From the NCBI GenBank assembly GCA_963774265.1, contig CAVZDU010000001.1:832001-896000 (forward strand): 64,000 nt of DNA. Direction: 5' to 3'. A model generated the notes under the pieces. The model was not told the DNA's origin. It did no database searches and saw only the letters and a program-made list of their open reading frames with translations. Origin of the DNA: an uncultured Chloroflexia bacterium. Its GTDB lineage: Bacteria > Chloroflexota > Anaerolineae > CG2-30-64-16. The stretch's first letter is position 1. The number at the start of each line of letters is the position of its first letter. Shown piece by piece: positions 32,961 to 42,914 of this stretch. Position numbers and translations under genes: made by a program.

Positions 32961-33920
32961 ATGGATCGATTGTTGCTTGCACTGGATTATGGTGGAACGA
33001 AACACTCCGCGGCTGTGCTGCGGGTCGGCGAATGGTCGTGGGCCGTGCACGGCCGCGTGTTTTCGCCGCCGGGTGCAGATGCAGCATACGACCAGGCGAC
33101 CATGTTGCGGATGGCGCGTGAATTGCTGTCTCAGGCGCCCGGTGAACTGATTGCCGTCGGGGTCAGCTTCGGCGGGCCTGTCGACGCTCGGGAAGGAGTT
33201 GTGCGGCTGTCGCACCATGTGCCCGGTTGGGATGATGTTCCGCTGGCCCAAAGGTTGACCCAGGAATTGGGCGCAGCAACCGCTGTGGACAACGACGGGA
33301 ATGTGGCCGCACTTGGCGAATGGCGTTATGGCCAGGGCAGGGAAGCTGACAGCCTGCTGTATGTGACGGTCAGCACCGGTGTTGGCGGCGGCTGGGTCTT
33401 GGGCGGGCGCATTTGGGGCGGCGCGGAGGGCATGGCCGGTGAAGTCGGCCACGTCGTGGTGCGGCCGGGCGGGATGCCTTGTGCGTGTGGCAAGCGCGGT
33501 TGTGTCGAGGCCGAGGCGTGTGGGCCAGCAATGGCGCGCAAGGCCATCGCCCGGTTGAAGCAAGAGCCGCAAGAAGGTCAAGCCCTCCGGGAATTGGCGA
33601 GAGGACAGATCGAGGCGGTCACGGGCGAGATGGTGGCGCGCGCAGCGGAGGCAGGCGACCCGCTGGCGCGTGAGGTGTTGACAGGCTCAGCCGGGGCGCT
33701 GGGCTCCGGCATCGCAGCGGCAATCAATCTGCTGAATCCTCAAAAAGTGGTGCTCGGCGGCGGCGTGACCAAGGCGGGAGACCTGTGGTGGCAGCAGGTG
33801 CGCGAGACTGCACGTGCGGAGACGCTGCCACAAGCCCGTGTGGATATTGTCCGAGCAGGGCTGGGGGACGACGCACCGCTCTGGGGCGCGGCGGCGTTGG
33901 CCGAAGGCCTGCTTGATTAG
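32961..33920 (+). CDS. ROK family sugar kinase
   Basis: ALDYGGTK, DNDGNVAALGE, STGVGGG, GEVGH, CACGKRGCVE, LGGGV. Confidence 0.92.
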   Translation: MDRLLLALDYGGTKHSAAVLRVGEWSWAVHGRVFSPPGADAAYDQATMLRMARELLSQAPGELIAVGVSFGGPVDAREGVVRLSHHVPGWDDVPLAQRLTQELGAATAVDNDGNVAALGEWRYGQGREADSLLYVTVSTGVGGGWVLGGRIWGGAEGMAGEVGHVVVRPGGMPCACGKRGCVEAEACGPAMARKAIARLKQEPQEGQALRELARGQIEAVTGEMVARAAEAGDPLAREVLTGSAGALGSGIAAAINLLNPQKVVLGGGVTKAGDLWWQQVRETARAETLPQARVDIVRAGLGDDAPLWGAAALAEGLLD

Positions 33921-33943
33921 GCGTATTTGCGAGTTGTTATTTC

Positions 33944-34747
33944 GTGTTTGAAATCCTTAACCCTGATCTGGCGCGCGGCCACATCCGCCACGCGCTCTTT
34001 GATTTTGACGGCACCATTTCGCTGATCCGTGAGGGCTGGCAGGGCGTGATGGTCCCGATGATGGTCGAGCTGCTGATGCAGACGCCGGAGCACGAGGATG
34101 AGGCGACTATCGAGGCAGTCGTCAGGGAGTTCGTGGCGCGGCTGACGGGGAAACAGACCATCTACCAGATGATCCAGCTCGCCGAGGAACTGCGCCAGCG
34201 CGGCGATGTGCCGTTGGAGCCGTTGGCGTACAAATACATGTACCTGGATCGGCTGTCGGCGCGCGTCGATGCCCGCGTGGCCGACCTGAAGGCGGGCCGC
34301 GTGGATCCCGATGACTTGATGGTGCCGGGCAGCCGCGCGATGCTCGACAGCTTGCGGGCGCGGGGCGTATCCTGCTACCTGGCCTCAGGCACGGATGAGC
34401 CCTTCGTGCTGGCAGAGGCGGCGGTGCTGGGGGTGGCATCCTGCTTCGACGGCATCTACGGCGCGCAAGATGATTACAGGTCATTTTCCAAGAAGATGAT
34501 CATCGACCGGATCATCTCCGAGCACGACCTGGCCGGGCCCGAGTTCGTTGCGTTCGGCGACGGCTATGTGGAGATCGAGGACACCAAGCGCGTCGCAGGC
34601 ATTGCGGTGGGCGTCGCGTCGGACGAGGCGCGGCGTACAGGCCTTGACGAGTGGAAGCGCAACCGCCTGATCGAGGCGGGCGCGGACTTGATCGTGCCTG
34701 ATTTCAGAGAATACCAGGCATTGTTGCGTTATTTGTGGGGGGAGTAG
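33944..34747 (+). CDS. HAD-superfamily phosphatase
   Basis: Motif I FDFDGT, motif II LASG, motif IV FGDGYVE. Confidence 0.88.
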   Translation: MFEILNPDLARGHIRHALFDFDGTISLIREGWQGVMVPMMVELLMQTPEHEDEATIEAVVREFVARLTGKQTIYQMIQLAEELRQRGDVPLEPLAYKYMYLDRLSARVDARVADLKAGRVDPDDLMVPGSRAMLDSLRARGVSCYLASGTDEPFVLAEAAVLGVASCFDGIYGAQDDYRSFSKKMIIDRIISEHDLAGPEFVAFGDGYVEIEDTKRVAGIAVGVASDEARRTGLDEWKRNRLIEAGADLIVPDFREYQALLRYLWGE

Positions 34748-34748
34748 G

Positions 34749-35732
34749 ATGCCGTTACCGTATCCGCAATTCGACCGGCGCCGGCTCATCGTGAAGCCGC
34801 TCAGCGAGCGCATCCATGACATGCGGCTGGATGAGGTGTTGCCGCTCACCGCGGAGGGCGAGCCGTTCGCACATCCCGATCTGCACATCGTCGCGGACCG
34901 GATGCGCCGCGCGAGGGAGACGGGCGCGTCCGTGATCCTGTTGATGGGCGCACACGTCATCAAGATGGGCCTCTCGCGCTTCGTCATCGACCTGATGGCG
35001 CGCGGGCTGGTCACCCACGTGGGCATGAACGGCGCAGGCCCCATCCACGACTACGAGCTGGCGCTGATGGGCGCGACGACCGAGAGCGTGGCGCGGTATA
35101 TCACGGAGGGCCAGTTCGGATTGTGGCGGGAGACGGGACGGATCAACGATATCGTAGCGGCGGGCGTCAGGGACGGGCTCGGTTACGGCGAGGCGCTGGG
35201 CCGCGAGATCGCCGAGGGAGATTATCCACACGGGGATGTCAGTGTCCTGGCCGCGGGCTACCGGCTGCGCGTCCCGGTGACCGTCCACATCGGCATCGGG
35301 CAGGATATCATCCACGAGCATCCGAACTGCGACGGCGCCAGCCTGGGCGAGGCCTCGTACCGTGATTTCCTGGTCCTTACAGAGGGCGTGACGAACCTGG
35401 ATGCCGGGGTCATGCTCAACTACGGGACCGCAGTGATGGGGCCGGAGGTGTATCTCAAGGCGCTGGCGATGGCGCGCAATGTGGCGCACCAGGAAGGGCG
35501 CAAGATCAACCGGTTCACCACCGCGGTGTTCGATCTCATCGACCTGGGCGACGACCTGGGACATGAAGCGCCGAAGACCGATCCGCGCTACTACTACCGG
35601 CCCTTCAAGACGATCCTCGTGCGAACGGTGCAGGATGGTGGCGAGAGTTTTTACATCCGCGGTCCCCACCGCGGCACACTGCCGGCATTGCACCGGCTGC
35701 TAATTGGCGCCTGGTCGCCGCCGCATTCGTAA
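34749..35732 (+). CDS. Conserved hypothetical protein, deoxyhypusine-synthase-like fold suspected
   Basis: MGAHVIKMGL, MNGAGPIHDYE, PVTVHIGIGQDIIH, GTAVMGPEVYLKAL; tightly coupled in the operon; fold call is from recalled motif similarity only. Confidence 0.6.
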   Translation: MPLPYPQFDRRRLIVKPLSERIHDMRLDEVLPLTAEGEPFAHPDLHIVADRMRRARETGASVILLMGAHVIKMGLSRFVIDLMARGLVTHVGMNGAGPIHDYELALMGATTESVARYITEGQFGLWRETGRINDIVAAGVRDGLGYGEALGREIAEGDYPHGDVSVLAAGYRLRVPVTVHIGIGQDIIHEHPNCDGASLGEASYRDFLVLTEGVTNLDAGVMLNYGTAVMGPEVYLKALAMARNVAHQEGRKINRFTTAVFDLIDLGDDLGHEAPKTDPRYYYRPFKTILVRTVQDGGESFYIRGPHRGTLPALHRLLIGAWSPPHS

Positions 35733-35798
35733 CCTGTCTATGGCAGGTTTGGACTATCGGCCTGCGGTTTTGTGGTTAGCCCTTCTTCTGGAGCAGCG

Positions 35799-36851
35799 AT
35801 GAACCTGGATAGACTCGATCTGATCCTGGCGCAGTTTGCGCAAAAGAGAGTCCTCGTGGTCGGTGACTTCTTCCTGGATAAGTACCTCATCATCGACCAG
35901 GCGCTGTCCGAGCCTTCGTTAGAAACCGGGCTCGACGCACACCAGGTGGTCGAGGTGCGGACCAGCCCGGGTGCGGCCGGAACGGTGACGAATAATCTCC
36001 GCGCGATGGGCGTCGAGGTGACCGCGGTCGGCGTGGTGGGCGACGACGGCGAGGGCTTCGATTTGCTCCGCGGGCTGGATGGGACGGGCGTTGACGTGGA
36101 TGGGTTGGTGATCCGCACGGACCGGTTCACGCCCACCTACACCAAGCCGATGCTGCGCGTGCGCGGGGGAGCGCTGCGCGAGCTGAACCGACTCGACATC
36201 AAGAACCGGGGACCGCTGCCGCGCGAAGCCGAAGACCGGGTGATCCGGGTCTTGCGAGGGCTGCTGCCGCGCGTTCACGGCGTGATCATCGCGGACCAGG
36301 TGCACGAGGAAGACTGCGGGGTCATCACCGAGCGGGTGCGGGATGAGTTGAGCATCCTGGCTCAGACCTACAGTGAGGTCGCTTTTATTGCTGATTCCCG
36401 TGAGCGCATAGGGTTATTCCCCGACATGTTGATCAAGCCGAACGCGCGCGAAGCCGTTCGAGCGGCCGCGCCAGGCGCACGGTGGCGCGGGGATCCGGAT
36501 CCAGATTGGGAGCTGGATCGTGAGCTGATCGAGTCAGCCGGCAGCCAGCTCTATCGGGAAAACGGGCAGCCCGTGTTCCTGACGCTGGGGAGCCGGGGGA
36601 TCCTGGCCTTCCACGAAGGGGGGCCGGCCCTGGCGCCGGCGATACAGGCGCGGGGACCGATCGACATCGTTGGGGCCGGGGATGCGGCGATGGCGGGGAT
36701 CACGGCTGCGCTGTGTGCGGGCGCAACGGGCGCGGAGGCGGCCGAGGTGGGGTGTCTGGCGGCCGGTGTCACGGTGCGCCAGGTGGGGACGACCGGGACC
36801 GCGTCGCGGCGCCAGATGCTGGAGCTGTGGCGCGAGAACGCAGCGGGTTAA
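35799..36851 (+). CDS. PfkB-family kinase resembling the HldE/RfaE heptose-7-phosphate kinase domain
   Basis: VLVVGDFFLDKY, PGAAGTV, GVVGDD, IKPNARE, LTLGSRG, DIVGAGD, VRQVGT; no adenylyltransferase domain. Confidence 0.82.
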   Translation: MNLDRLDLILAQFAQKRVLVVGDFFLDKYLIIDQALSEPSLETGLDAHQVVEVRTSPGAAGTVTNNLRAMGVEVTAVGVVGDDGEGFDLLRGLDGTGVDVDGLVIRTDRFTPTYTKPMLRVRGGALRELNRLDIKNRGPLPREAEDRVIRVLRGLLPRVHGVIIADQVHEEDCGVITERVRDELSILAQTYSEVAFIADSRERIGLFPDMLIKPNAREAVRAAAPGARWRGDPDPDWELDRELIESAGSQLYRENGQPVFLTLGSRGILAFHEGGPALAPAIQARGPIDIVGAGDAAMAGITAALCAGATGAEAAEVGCLAAGVTVRQVGTTGTASRRQMLELWRENAAG

Positions 36852-36917
36852 CGCGCCACTACTCCATGACGGCTTCCAGCGGTCCCGGGGCTATTCTGGT
36901 CAAACTGCCAATATCCC

Positions 36918-37550
36918 CTATGCCAGACTGGGCGTTGGTTGTACGGCCGGCAAAGTCTCGACGGGCGCGTGCCCGATCGGTCGCCCGACGGTCAACTCCC
37001 GCTGCAGATCTTCGTCAAGCTGAAGATAGGCGGTGTCCGGTTCTGCGCCAAGGGCATCCAGCAGTTTGCTGAAGAAACACCGCGCCGCGGCTGTGGCCGC
37101 AATATCGAAAATCTCGTCCTCGTTGAAGCCATGCTCGCGCAGCGCCTGGATATCCTCTTCAGTGATCCCTGTGGCATCACGAACGATTTTCTCGGCGAAA
37201 ACCATCATGGCGATTTCGGCCGGGGTGAGGTTCGTGGCTGTGACATCGCTGGCTATTGCCGCGAGCTGGGCGGACGAGTAGAACTGCTGGAGGATGGAGC
37301 CATGTGCAAGCATGCAATACGAGCTGTGCAACGCGCGTGCGGCGGCCAGGGTGATTAATTCAAAACGGCGCGTGTCCAATGGGCCGTGAATGCTTGCGAG
37401 GAGGTTGCTCCAGGTTGCCATGACCTGTGGGCGGTGGCTGAAGAGTTTAGCATAGTTGGGAACGTAGCCGTACCTGGCTTGATACTTCTCATACATTGCT
37501 CGTACATCACCCGTAGCCTGATCGACGGGGATTGTTTGGATGAATGCCAT
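36918..37550 (-). CDS. Carboxymuconolactone decarboxylase/AhpD-like (peroxidase-related) protein
   Basis: MAFIQTIP..ATG, GYVPNY, ELITLAAA, SSYC..AHG, LREHGF.EDEIFDI. Confidence 0.85.
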   Translation of the reverse strand: MAFIQTIPVDQATGDVRAMYEKYQARYGYVPNYAKLFSHRPQVMATWSNLLASIHGPLDTRRFELITLAAARALHSSYCMLAHGSILQQFYSSAQLAAIASDVTATNLTPAEIAMMVFAEKIVRDATGITEEDIQALREHGFNEDEIFDIAATAAARCFFSKLLDALGAEPDTAYLQLDEDLQRELTVGRPIGHAPVETLPAVQPTPSLA

Positions 37551-37683
37551 AAGTGTTCTCCTTCTTAACCGAGTCCTGTTGGTTTCATCCGCAGAGCATA
37601 CCACACTTACATGAACTGCACATTAATCACACTATAATAAAGCAAGTGATTGATTATCTGGGTTCTCACCTGAGCTGGAGCTA

Positions 37684-37734
37684 TTGACATCCGGCGCCGG
37701 AAGTGCTAAACTGGTCACGGTGGTATAGACCAGT
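37684..37734 (+). promoter_or_regulatory. Sigma70-type promoter with a DasR/NagR (dre)-like operator
   Basis: TTGACA 37684, 17 bp, TGnTAAACT 37707; GGTGGTATAGACCAGT 37719-37734 matches 14/16 of A(G/C)TGGTCTAGACCA(G/C)T. Confidence 0.8.
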
Positions 37735-37752
37735 TTGCATGCAAAGGCGCTT

Positions 37753-39148
37753 ATGCAACTGCAACGCGAGACCTCTGCCCCGCTCTATCTTCAGATCAAG
37801 GAAGCGTTGACGGCCCAGATTCGGGTCGGCGATTTGCGGGCGCACCAGCGCCTGCCCTCCGAACGCGAGCTGTCCGAGGCATTCCATGTCAGCAGGATGA
37901 CCGCCCGCCAGGCCTTACAGGCGATGGTGCGGGATGGTGCGGCATTCGCGCGCGGTGGCAAGGGGACGTTTGTGGCCGGACCGATGCACCTGGTTGAGAC
38001 AGGGTTGGCGTGCCTGGTGAGCGAGGAAGGCGCACTATTGCGCGGGCGCTGTGTCGGCCTGGTGACGCATCCCGCGGCGGTGTTGCCTGATTTGTCGTCG
38101 TCCCTGGACGCGCTCCTCCGTATCGGCGTACATGTGACAGCTCTCTTTGGGCCGGAGCATGGTTTCGATGGCTCGGTAGCCGATGGGGAAGCCGTGGGAG
38201 ACGCGCGTCCATCGCCGCACCGGGCTGCCCGTCTTCAGCCTTTACGGCGCAAACCGGGAGCCCACGGCCGACATGCTGGCCGAGGTGGATGTGCTGGTCT
38301 ACGATGTACAGGATGTGGGGGCCCGTTTCTACACCTTTATCAGCACGCTCTACCATGTTTTAGCCGCCGCAGGACGGCACGGACGCGTGGTGGTTGTGCT
38401 GGATCGGCCCAACCCGATCAACGGCCTAGCAGTCGAAGGGCCGCTGGTGGCGCCGGGCTTCGAATCCTTTATCGGCATCGTGCCCATGCCCATCCGGCAC
38501 GGCATGACGGTAGGCGAGTTGGCGCGCTACTTCAACTCGGAATACCGCCAGGGCGCCGATTTGAGCGTGGTTGCAATGCGTGGCTGGCAGCGGGCCATGT
38601 GGTGGAATGCGACCGGCCTGCCGTGGGCGCCGCTTTCGCCGGGCATGCCGCAACTGTCAACGGCCACAGTCTACCCGGGAATGTGCCTCATCGAGGGCAC
38701 CAATCTTTCCGAGGGACGCGGCACGGCATTGCCGTTCGAGGTTGTCGGCGCGCCGTGGCTGGATGGCGACGCGCTGGCCCAAGGGTTGAATCGGCTGGCG
38801 CTGCCCGGCGTTCGCTTTCGCTCCACGCATTTCGTGCCGTCGGCCAGCAAGCATGCCGGGCTTTCGTGCCAGGGCGTCCAGGTGCACGTGACCGATCGCG
38901 AGGCGTTCCGCGCGGTGGAGACAGGGTTGCATGTCGTGGCCGTGTGCCGTGCATTGGCGCCCGATCGCTTCGCATTCCTGGCTTCCAGTTGGGAGGGCCG
39001 GCCGCCGCATTTTGATCTGCTGACCGGCGACCCCGCGCTCCGGGAGGGGCTGGCTGCGGGTGCGTCCGTAGCTGACCTGATCTCAGGCTGGCCCACGGCC
39101 ACCGCATCCTTCGCGGAGGCGCGGCGTCCCTATCTGTGTTACGAGTAA
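37753..39148 (+). CDS. namZ: GntR winged-HTH fused in frame to exo-beta-N-acetylmuramidase NamZ (DUF1343); frameshift near 38205
   Basis: PLYLQI..LPSEREL..VSRMTARQAL..GKGTFVA runs directly into VETGL..VGLVTH..LFGPEHG; after the shift DVQDVGARFYT, VLDRPNPI, RHGMTVGELA, EGTNLSEGRGTALPFE. Confidence 0.85.
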
Positions 39149-39153
39149 GCGCG

Positions 39154-39501
39154 ATGGAGATTCGTTCCTATGCGGCGCTGCCGGCCATCCAACGCAGTCA
39201 ACCGGCGCATCGCGTGCGTAACCTGTACTTTCCGGAGAACTGGGAAGACATGGACGGTTGGCGGGCCGATCTCTACATCGACGTGGGCGATGTGTGGGAC
39301 GGCTACCTCGAGATGCTGCGCTCCCACGAACTGATGCGGGGTGGCGTGTCCGGTTTTCGCTACATCGACTACTACGACGCCTTGGGCACGGTGCGCGGTT
39401 GCCTGGGCGGATTTCGCAAAGCGGTCGCGTTGATGGCCCCAACAGGATCTTGGGTGCAGCGACTAGGCTATCTGCCCGGTTTTGCACCCGGGACCGGTTG
39501 A
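39154..39501 (+). pseudogene. Probable C-terminal remnant of a PIG-L/LmbE-family deacetylase
   Basis: YAALPAI..PAH...LYFPENWED...YIDV...YYDAL...RG resembles PIG-L C-termini; no HxDD catalytic N-terminus. Confidence 0.5.
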
Positions 39502-39594
39502 TGTTGAAAGGAGGCCGGATCGGAGCATACGAGAACTGCGGAGCATTCACGCATGACGGGTGATTTCTCAAACCAAGGAAGGAGAACCAGCACA

Positions 39595-40990
39595 ATGAAG
39601 CGCATGTTTGTCTTGATCACGACATTGGTGATCATCAGCCAGTTGGTGTTGGCCTGCGCGCCGGCTGCGGCGCCTGCGCCAGCGGCCGCGCCGACGGCTG
39701 CACCCGCGGCCGCGCCGACGGCTGCACCCGCGGCCGCCCAACCACAACCCGCCGCGCCCGAGCCAACCAAGGCGCCCGAAGCCAAGCCGGTGACCCTCAC
39801 GTTCTACCAGCGCGGCTATACGGACGGCGGCACTGACGCCACCTCCGTCACAACGGCTAAGGCGATTGAGATTTTCCAGACGAACAATCCCAACGTCAAG
39901 GTCAACATCGTCGGCATCCCCTGGACGGCCGAAGGCGACACCAAGCTGGAAGCCGCGCTGGCCGCCAGGAGCGACATCAACGTGTTCCGCGTGACCAGCC
40001 CCAACCTGCCGCGCTACGCCAAGCAGGGCATTCTGTCCAACATCGAACCGTTCCTGACCGAAGACGACAAAACGGATTTCTACCCCAGCGGCTTTCAAGT
40101 GGCAACGATAGACGGCAAGGTCTGGGCCTGGCCGCTTTGGGTCACGGCGATCAGTGTCTTCGCCAACAAGGACATCTTCGCGGAGCGCGGCGTCGAGCTG
40201 CCCACGATGGATAAGCCCTGGACGTGGGATGAGTTCGTTGCGGCGGCCAAGAAGCTGACCTACACGCAAGGCCGACGGCACCCAGGTCTACGGTTTCGGC
40301 GCTTCGTCCAAGTGGGGCGCCGTAGAATACTATCCATTGATGTACATCGACGGCGGCCGCATCCTCAGCGCCGACGGCAAGCAGTTCGTCCAGAACCAGG
40401 CGGAAGGCGTCTCGGCCTTGCAGAAGCTGGCTGACCTGGCGCTGGTGCACAAGGTCACACCGCCCGACTTCGGCACGGTGGATCAGGCCGGGGTGCGCGC
40501 TCAGTTCAAGGACCGCAAGACATTGGCGATGCTGATGAGCACGCCCGGCTTCGTCCCCGATCTGGAGAAGTCGAACTTCCCGCTGGCGGTCGTGCCGCCG
40601 CCCACCGGCGCGATGGGCAAGCTGGTGACCAACGGCGCGTTCGGTCTGTATGCCGTCGTCAAGATCGATGACCAGGCTACGCTAAAGGCCGCGCACGAGT
40701 TGGCGAAGTATCTGACCGGCAGCCAGGTCGCCAAGGATATCCCGGGCTGGCAGCTCGCGCCCGGCCTGCGCAAGAGCAACACCGGCTATGCCACGAACGA
40801 CAACCGCGCGGTGATTGCCAAGCTGGTCGAGTACGGCGTCTACGAAGCGCCGGTGGCCACCTCGGCAGAGCTGGGCTCCAAATACGGCGCGGCGCTCCAG
40901 TCCATCATCTTGGGCAAGCAGACGGCCCAGGAAGCGATGGATGAGATCGCGCCTGAGTATCAGAAGGAACTGGATGCACTGAACAAGTAA
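39595..40990 (+). CDS. Carbohydrate ABC transporter substrate-binding lipoprotein; frameshift near 40270
   Basis: Lipobox VLAC, Pro/Ala linker, DGKVWAWP, PWTWDEFVAAAKKLT, C-terminal GKQTAQEAMD; AAGGAG RBS. Confidence 0.9.
39682..39737 (+). repeat. 24-bp tandem repeat (about 2.3 copies) encoding the AAAPTAAP linker
   Basis: GCGGCCGCGCCGACGGCTGCACCC at 39682 and 39706, partial at 39730. Confidence 0.85.
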
Positions 40991-41002
40991 AACTCCACCC
41001 CG

Positions 41003-41035
41003 ACTCTCCCCCGGCGCCCTGCGCCGGGGGAGAGT
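41003..41035 (+). other. Strong intercistronic hairpin after the substrate-binding gene
   Basis: Perfect 15-bp stem ACTCTCCCCCGGCGC-cct-GCGCCGGGGGAGAGT with no U tract; typical position for an mRNA-stabilising element. Confidence 0.75.
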
Positions 41036-41050
41036 GAGCGAGGTCATCCC

Positions 41051-41966
41051 ATGACAGCGACAACTGCGACTCAAACCACAGCCTTTCAGCGCGTGCAGAG
41101 GTTCTGGGCTCGCCATAAGTGGAGCTACTTCTTCATCGCGCCGAGCATGCTCCTCTTCTTCGTGTTCATCGCCTACCCGGTCGCGACGCGTGGTCCTGTT
41201 GGCCTTCCAAAAGGTCGACTTGCGCAGCAGCTCCTGGGTGGGCCTTAAGAACTTTCAGGATTTGCTCACCAGCGATCTTTTCTGGCTTACCATGCGGCAT
41301 ACCTTTGTCTACGCCTTTTTTGTCGTCGTGGCCTGGATTGTCACGTCATTGATCGTGGCCTCATTGATCATGCCGCTCTCCAATCGGGTCCAGTCGGTGT
41401 TCCGCGGCGCGTTCTACCTGCCCAATGTGTCCAGCATCGTCGTCATCTCGCTGGTCTGGATCTGGATTTTTGAGCCGGATTTTGGCTTTTTCAACTACCT
41501 GCTGACCGTGCTGGGGTTGCCCAAGGTCCTTTGGCTGCAGAATCCGGACATCGCGCTGTGGAGCATCGTGTTGAGCACCGTGTTGATCGTGCCGGGGAGC
41601 GGCGTGGTGCTCTATTCCGCGGCGATGGGCGCGATCCCCCGGGAGTATTACGAGGCCGCCGAGGTCGAAGGCGCGAACGGTTTCCAGAAACTGCGCCACA
41701 TCACCTTCCCGCTGCTCAAGCCGACGACCCTCTATCTGACCGTTATCTACACCATTGCCGGCTTCCAGATTTTCGAGCGCGTATACATCATGACCGGCGG
41801 CGGGCCGATCAACTCGACGATGACCATCGTCCAGCTGATCTATCAGACGGCCTTCAGCGATTTCAATTACGGCAAGGCCAGCGCTGAGGCGTTGATCTTG
41901 TTTGCGATTATCGCGACGTTTTCGTTCGTCCAGTTCAAATTCTTGAGCACCGACGTGGAATACTGA
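41051..41966 (+). CDS. Carbohydrate ABC transporter permease 1; frameshift near 41185
   Basis: YFFIAPS..AYPV, then WVGLKNF, FYLP, EAA motif IPREYYEAAEVEGA, YIMTGGGP. Confidence 0.9.
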
Positions 41967-41977
41967 GAGAGAACGCC

Positions 41978-42910
41978 ATGACCAGCTATGCGCCTCCTGC
42001 TTCGCCCTCCGTCCGTCCGTGGTCGTTCGCGCGATTCCGGCTCCTCCTGTCGAAGTCGTTGGTCCTCATCCTGTTGACGGTGGTGGCGATCATCAGCTTG
42101 TTTCCGTTGTACTGGCTGTTCGTCACGGCGTTGACCCCGGCCTCGGCCACGGTCAAGCTGCCGCCGGACCTGATCCCGGTCAATCTGACGTTCGACAATT
42201 TCGCTGACGTCGTTCAGAAGAGCGGCATTGGCAAGCTGCGCTTCTTCAATCCTGACCAGTTCATTCGCATGCCGCGGCTCTACCTGTGGTTCATCAACAC
42301 GGCGTTCATTTCGATCTTCAGCACGGCGGTGCATGTCCTGTTCGACTCGATGGCGGCCTACGCGTTTGCCAAGAAGAAGTTTCCCGGCTCAAACATTCTG
42401 TTCTGGATGATCCTGGCCGCGTTGATGATCCCTGGCCAGGTGACGCTCGTGCCGCTGTACCTGATGATCACCAGGCTTGACTGGGTCAACACTTTTGTCG
42501 GCGTGATTGCGCCCGGGCTGGCGGACGTGATCGGCATCTTCCTGCTCAAGCAGTTCATGCAGACGCTGCCCGGCGAGCTGGAGGACGCCGCGCGCGTGGA
42601 CGGCGCGTCGGAATGGAGCATCTACACGCACATCATCCTGCCGCTTTCGGCGCCGGCCCTGGCAGTGACCGCGATCTTCGCGTTTCAGCGCTACTGGAAC
42701 GCGTTTTTGTGGCCTCTCATCGTGCTGCAAAGTCCGGACCTCTTCACGCTGCAGGTCGGCCTGTCGTATATCCACACCAGCGAGTTTGGCACTGACTACG
42801 GGCTGCTGATGGCTGGCGCGGCGCTGGCGGCGATCCCGATGATTGTCTTCTTCTTCGCATTCCAAAAATACTTCATGCAGGGGTTGCGCATCGGCGCGGT
42901 GAAGGGCTAA
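41978..42910 (+). CDS. Carbohydrate ABC transporter permease 2
   Basis: AAYAFAK, MIPGQVTLVPLY, LPGELEDAARVDGA, WNAFLWPL, GAVKG end. Confidence 0.93.
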   Translation: MTSYAPPASPSVRPWSFARFRLLLSKSLVLILLTVVAIISLFPLYWLFVTALTPASATVKLPPDLIPVNLTFDNFADVVQKSGIGKLRFFNPDQFIRMPRLYLWFINTAFISIFSTAVHVLFDSMAAYAFAKKKFPGSNILFWMILAALMIPGQVTLVPLYLMITRLDWVNTFVGVIAPGLADVIGIFLLKQFMQTLPGELEDAARVDGASEWSIYTHIILPLSAPALAVTAIFAFQRYWNAFLWPLIVLQSPDLFTLQVGLSYIHTSEFGTDYGLLMAGAALAAIPMIVFFFAFQKYFMQGLRIGAVKG

Positions 42911-42914
42911 AGAC

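Noticed and set aside
37735-39015. 426-aa ORF as a real protein along its whole length
   Set aside because: After about 38205 it is out-of-frame Arg/Gly-rich sequence; the NamZ motifs continue in the 38183-39148 frame
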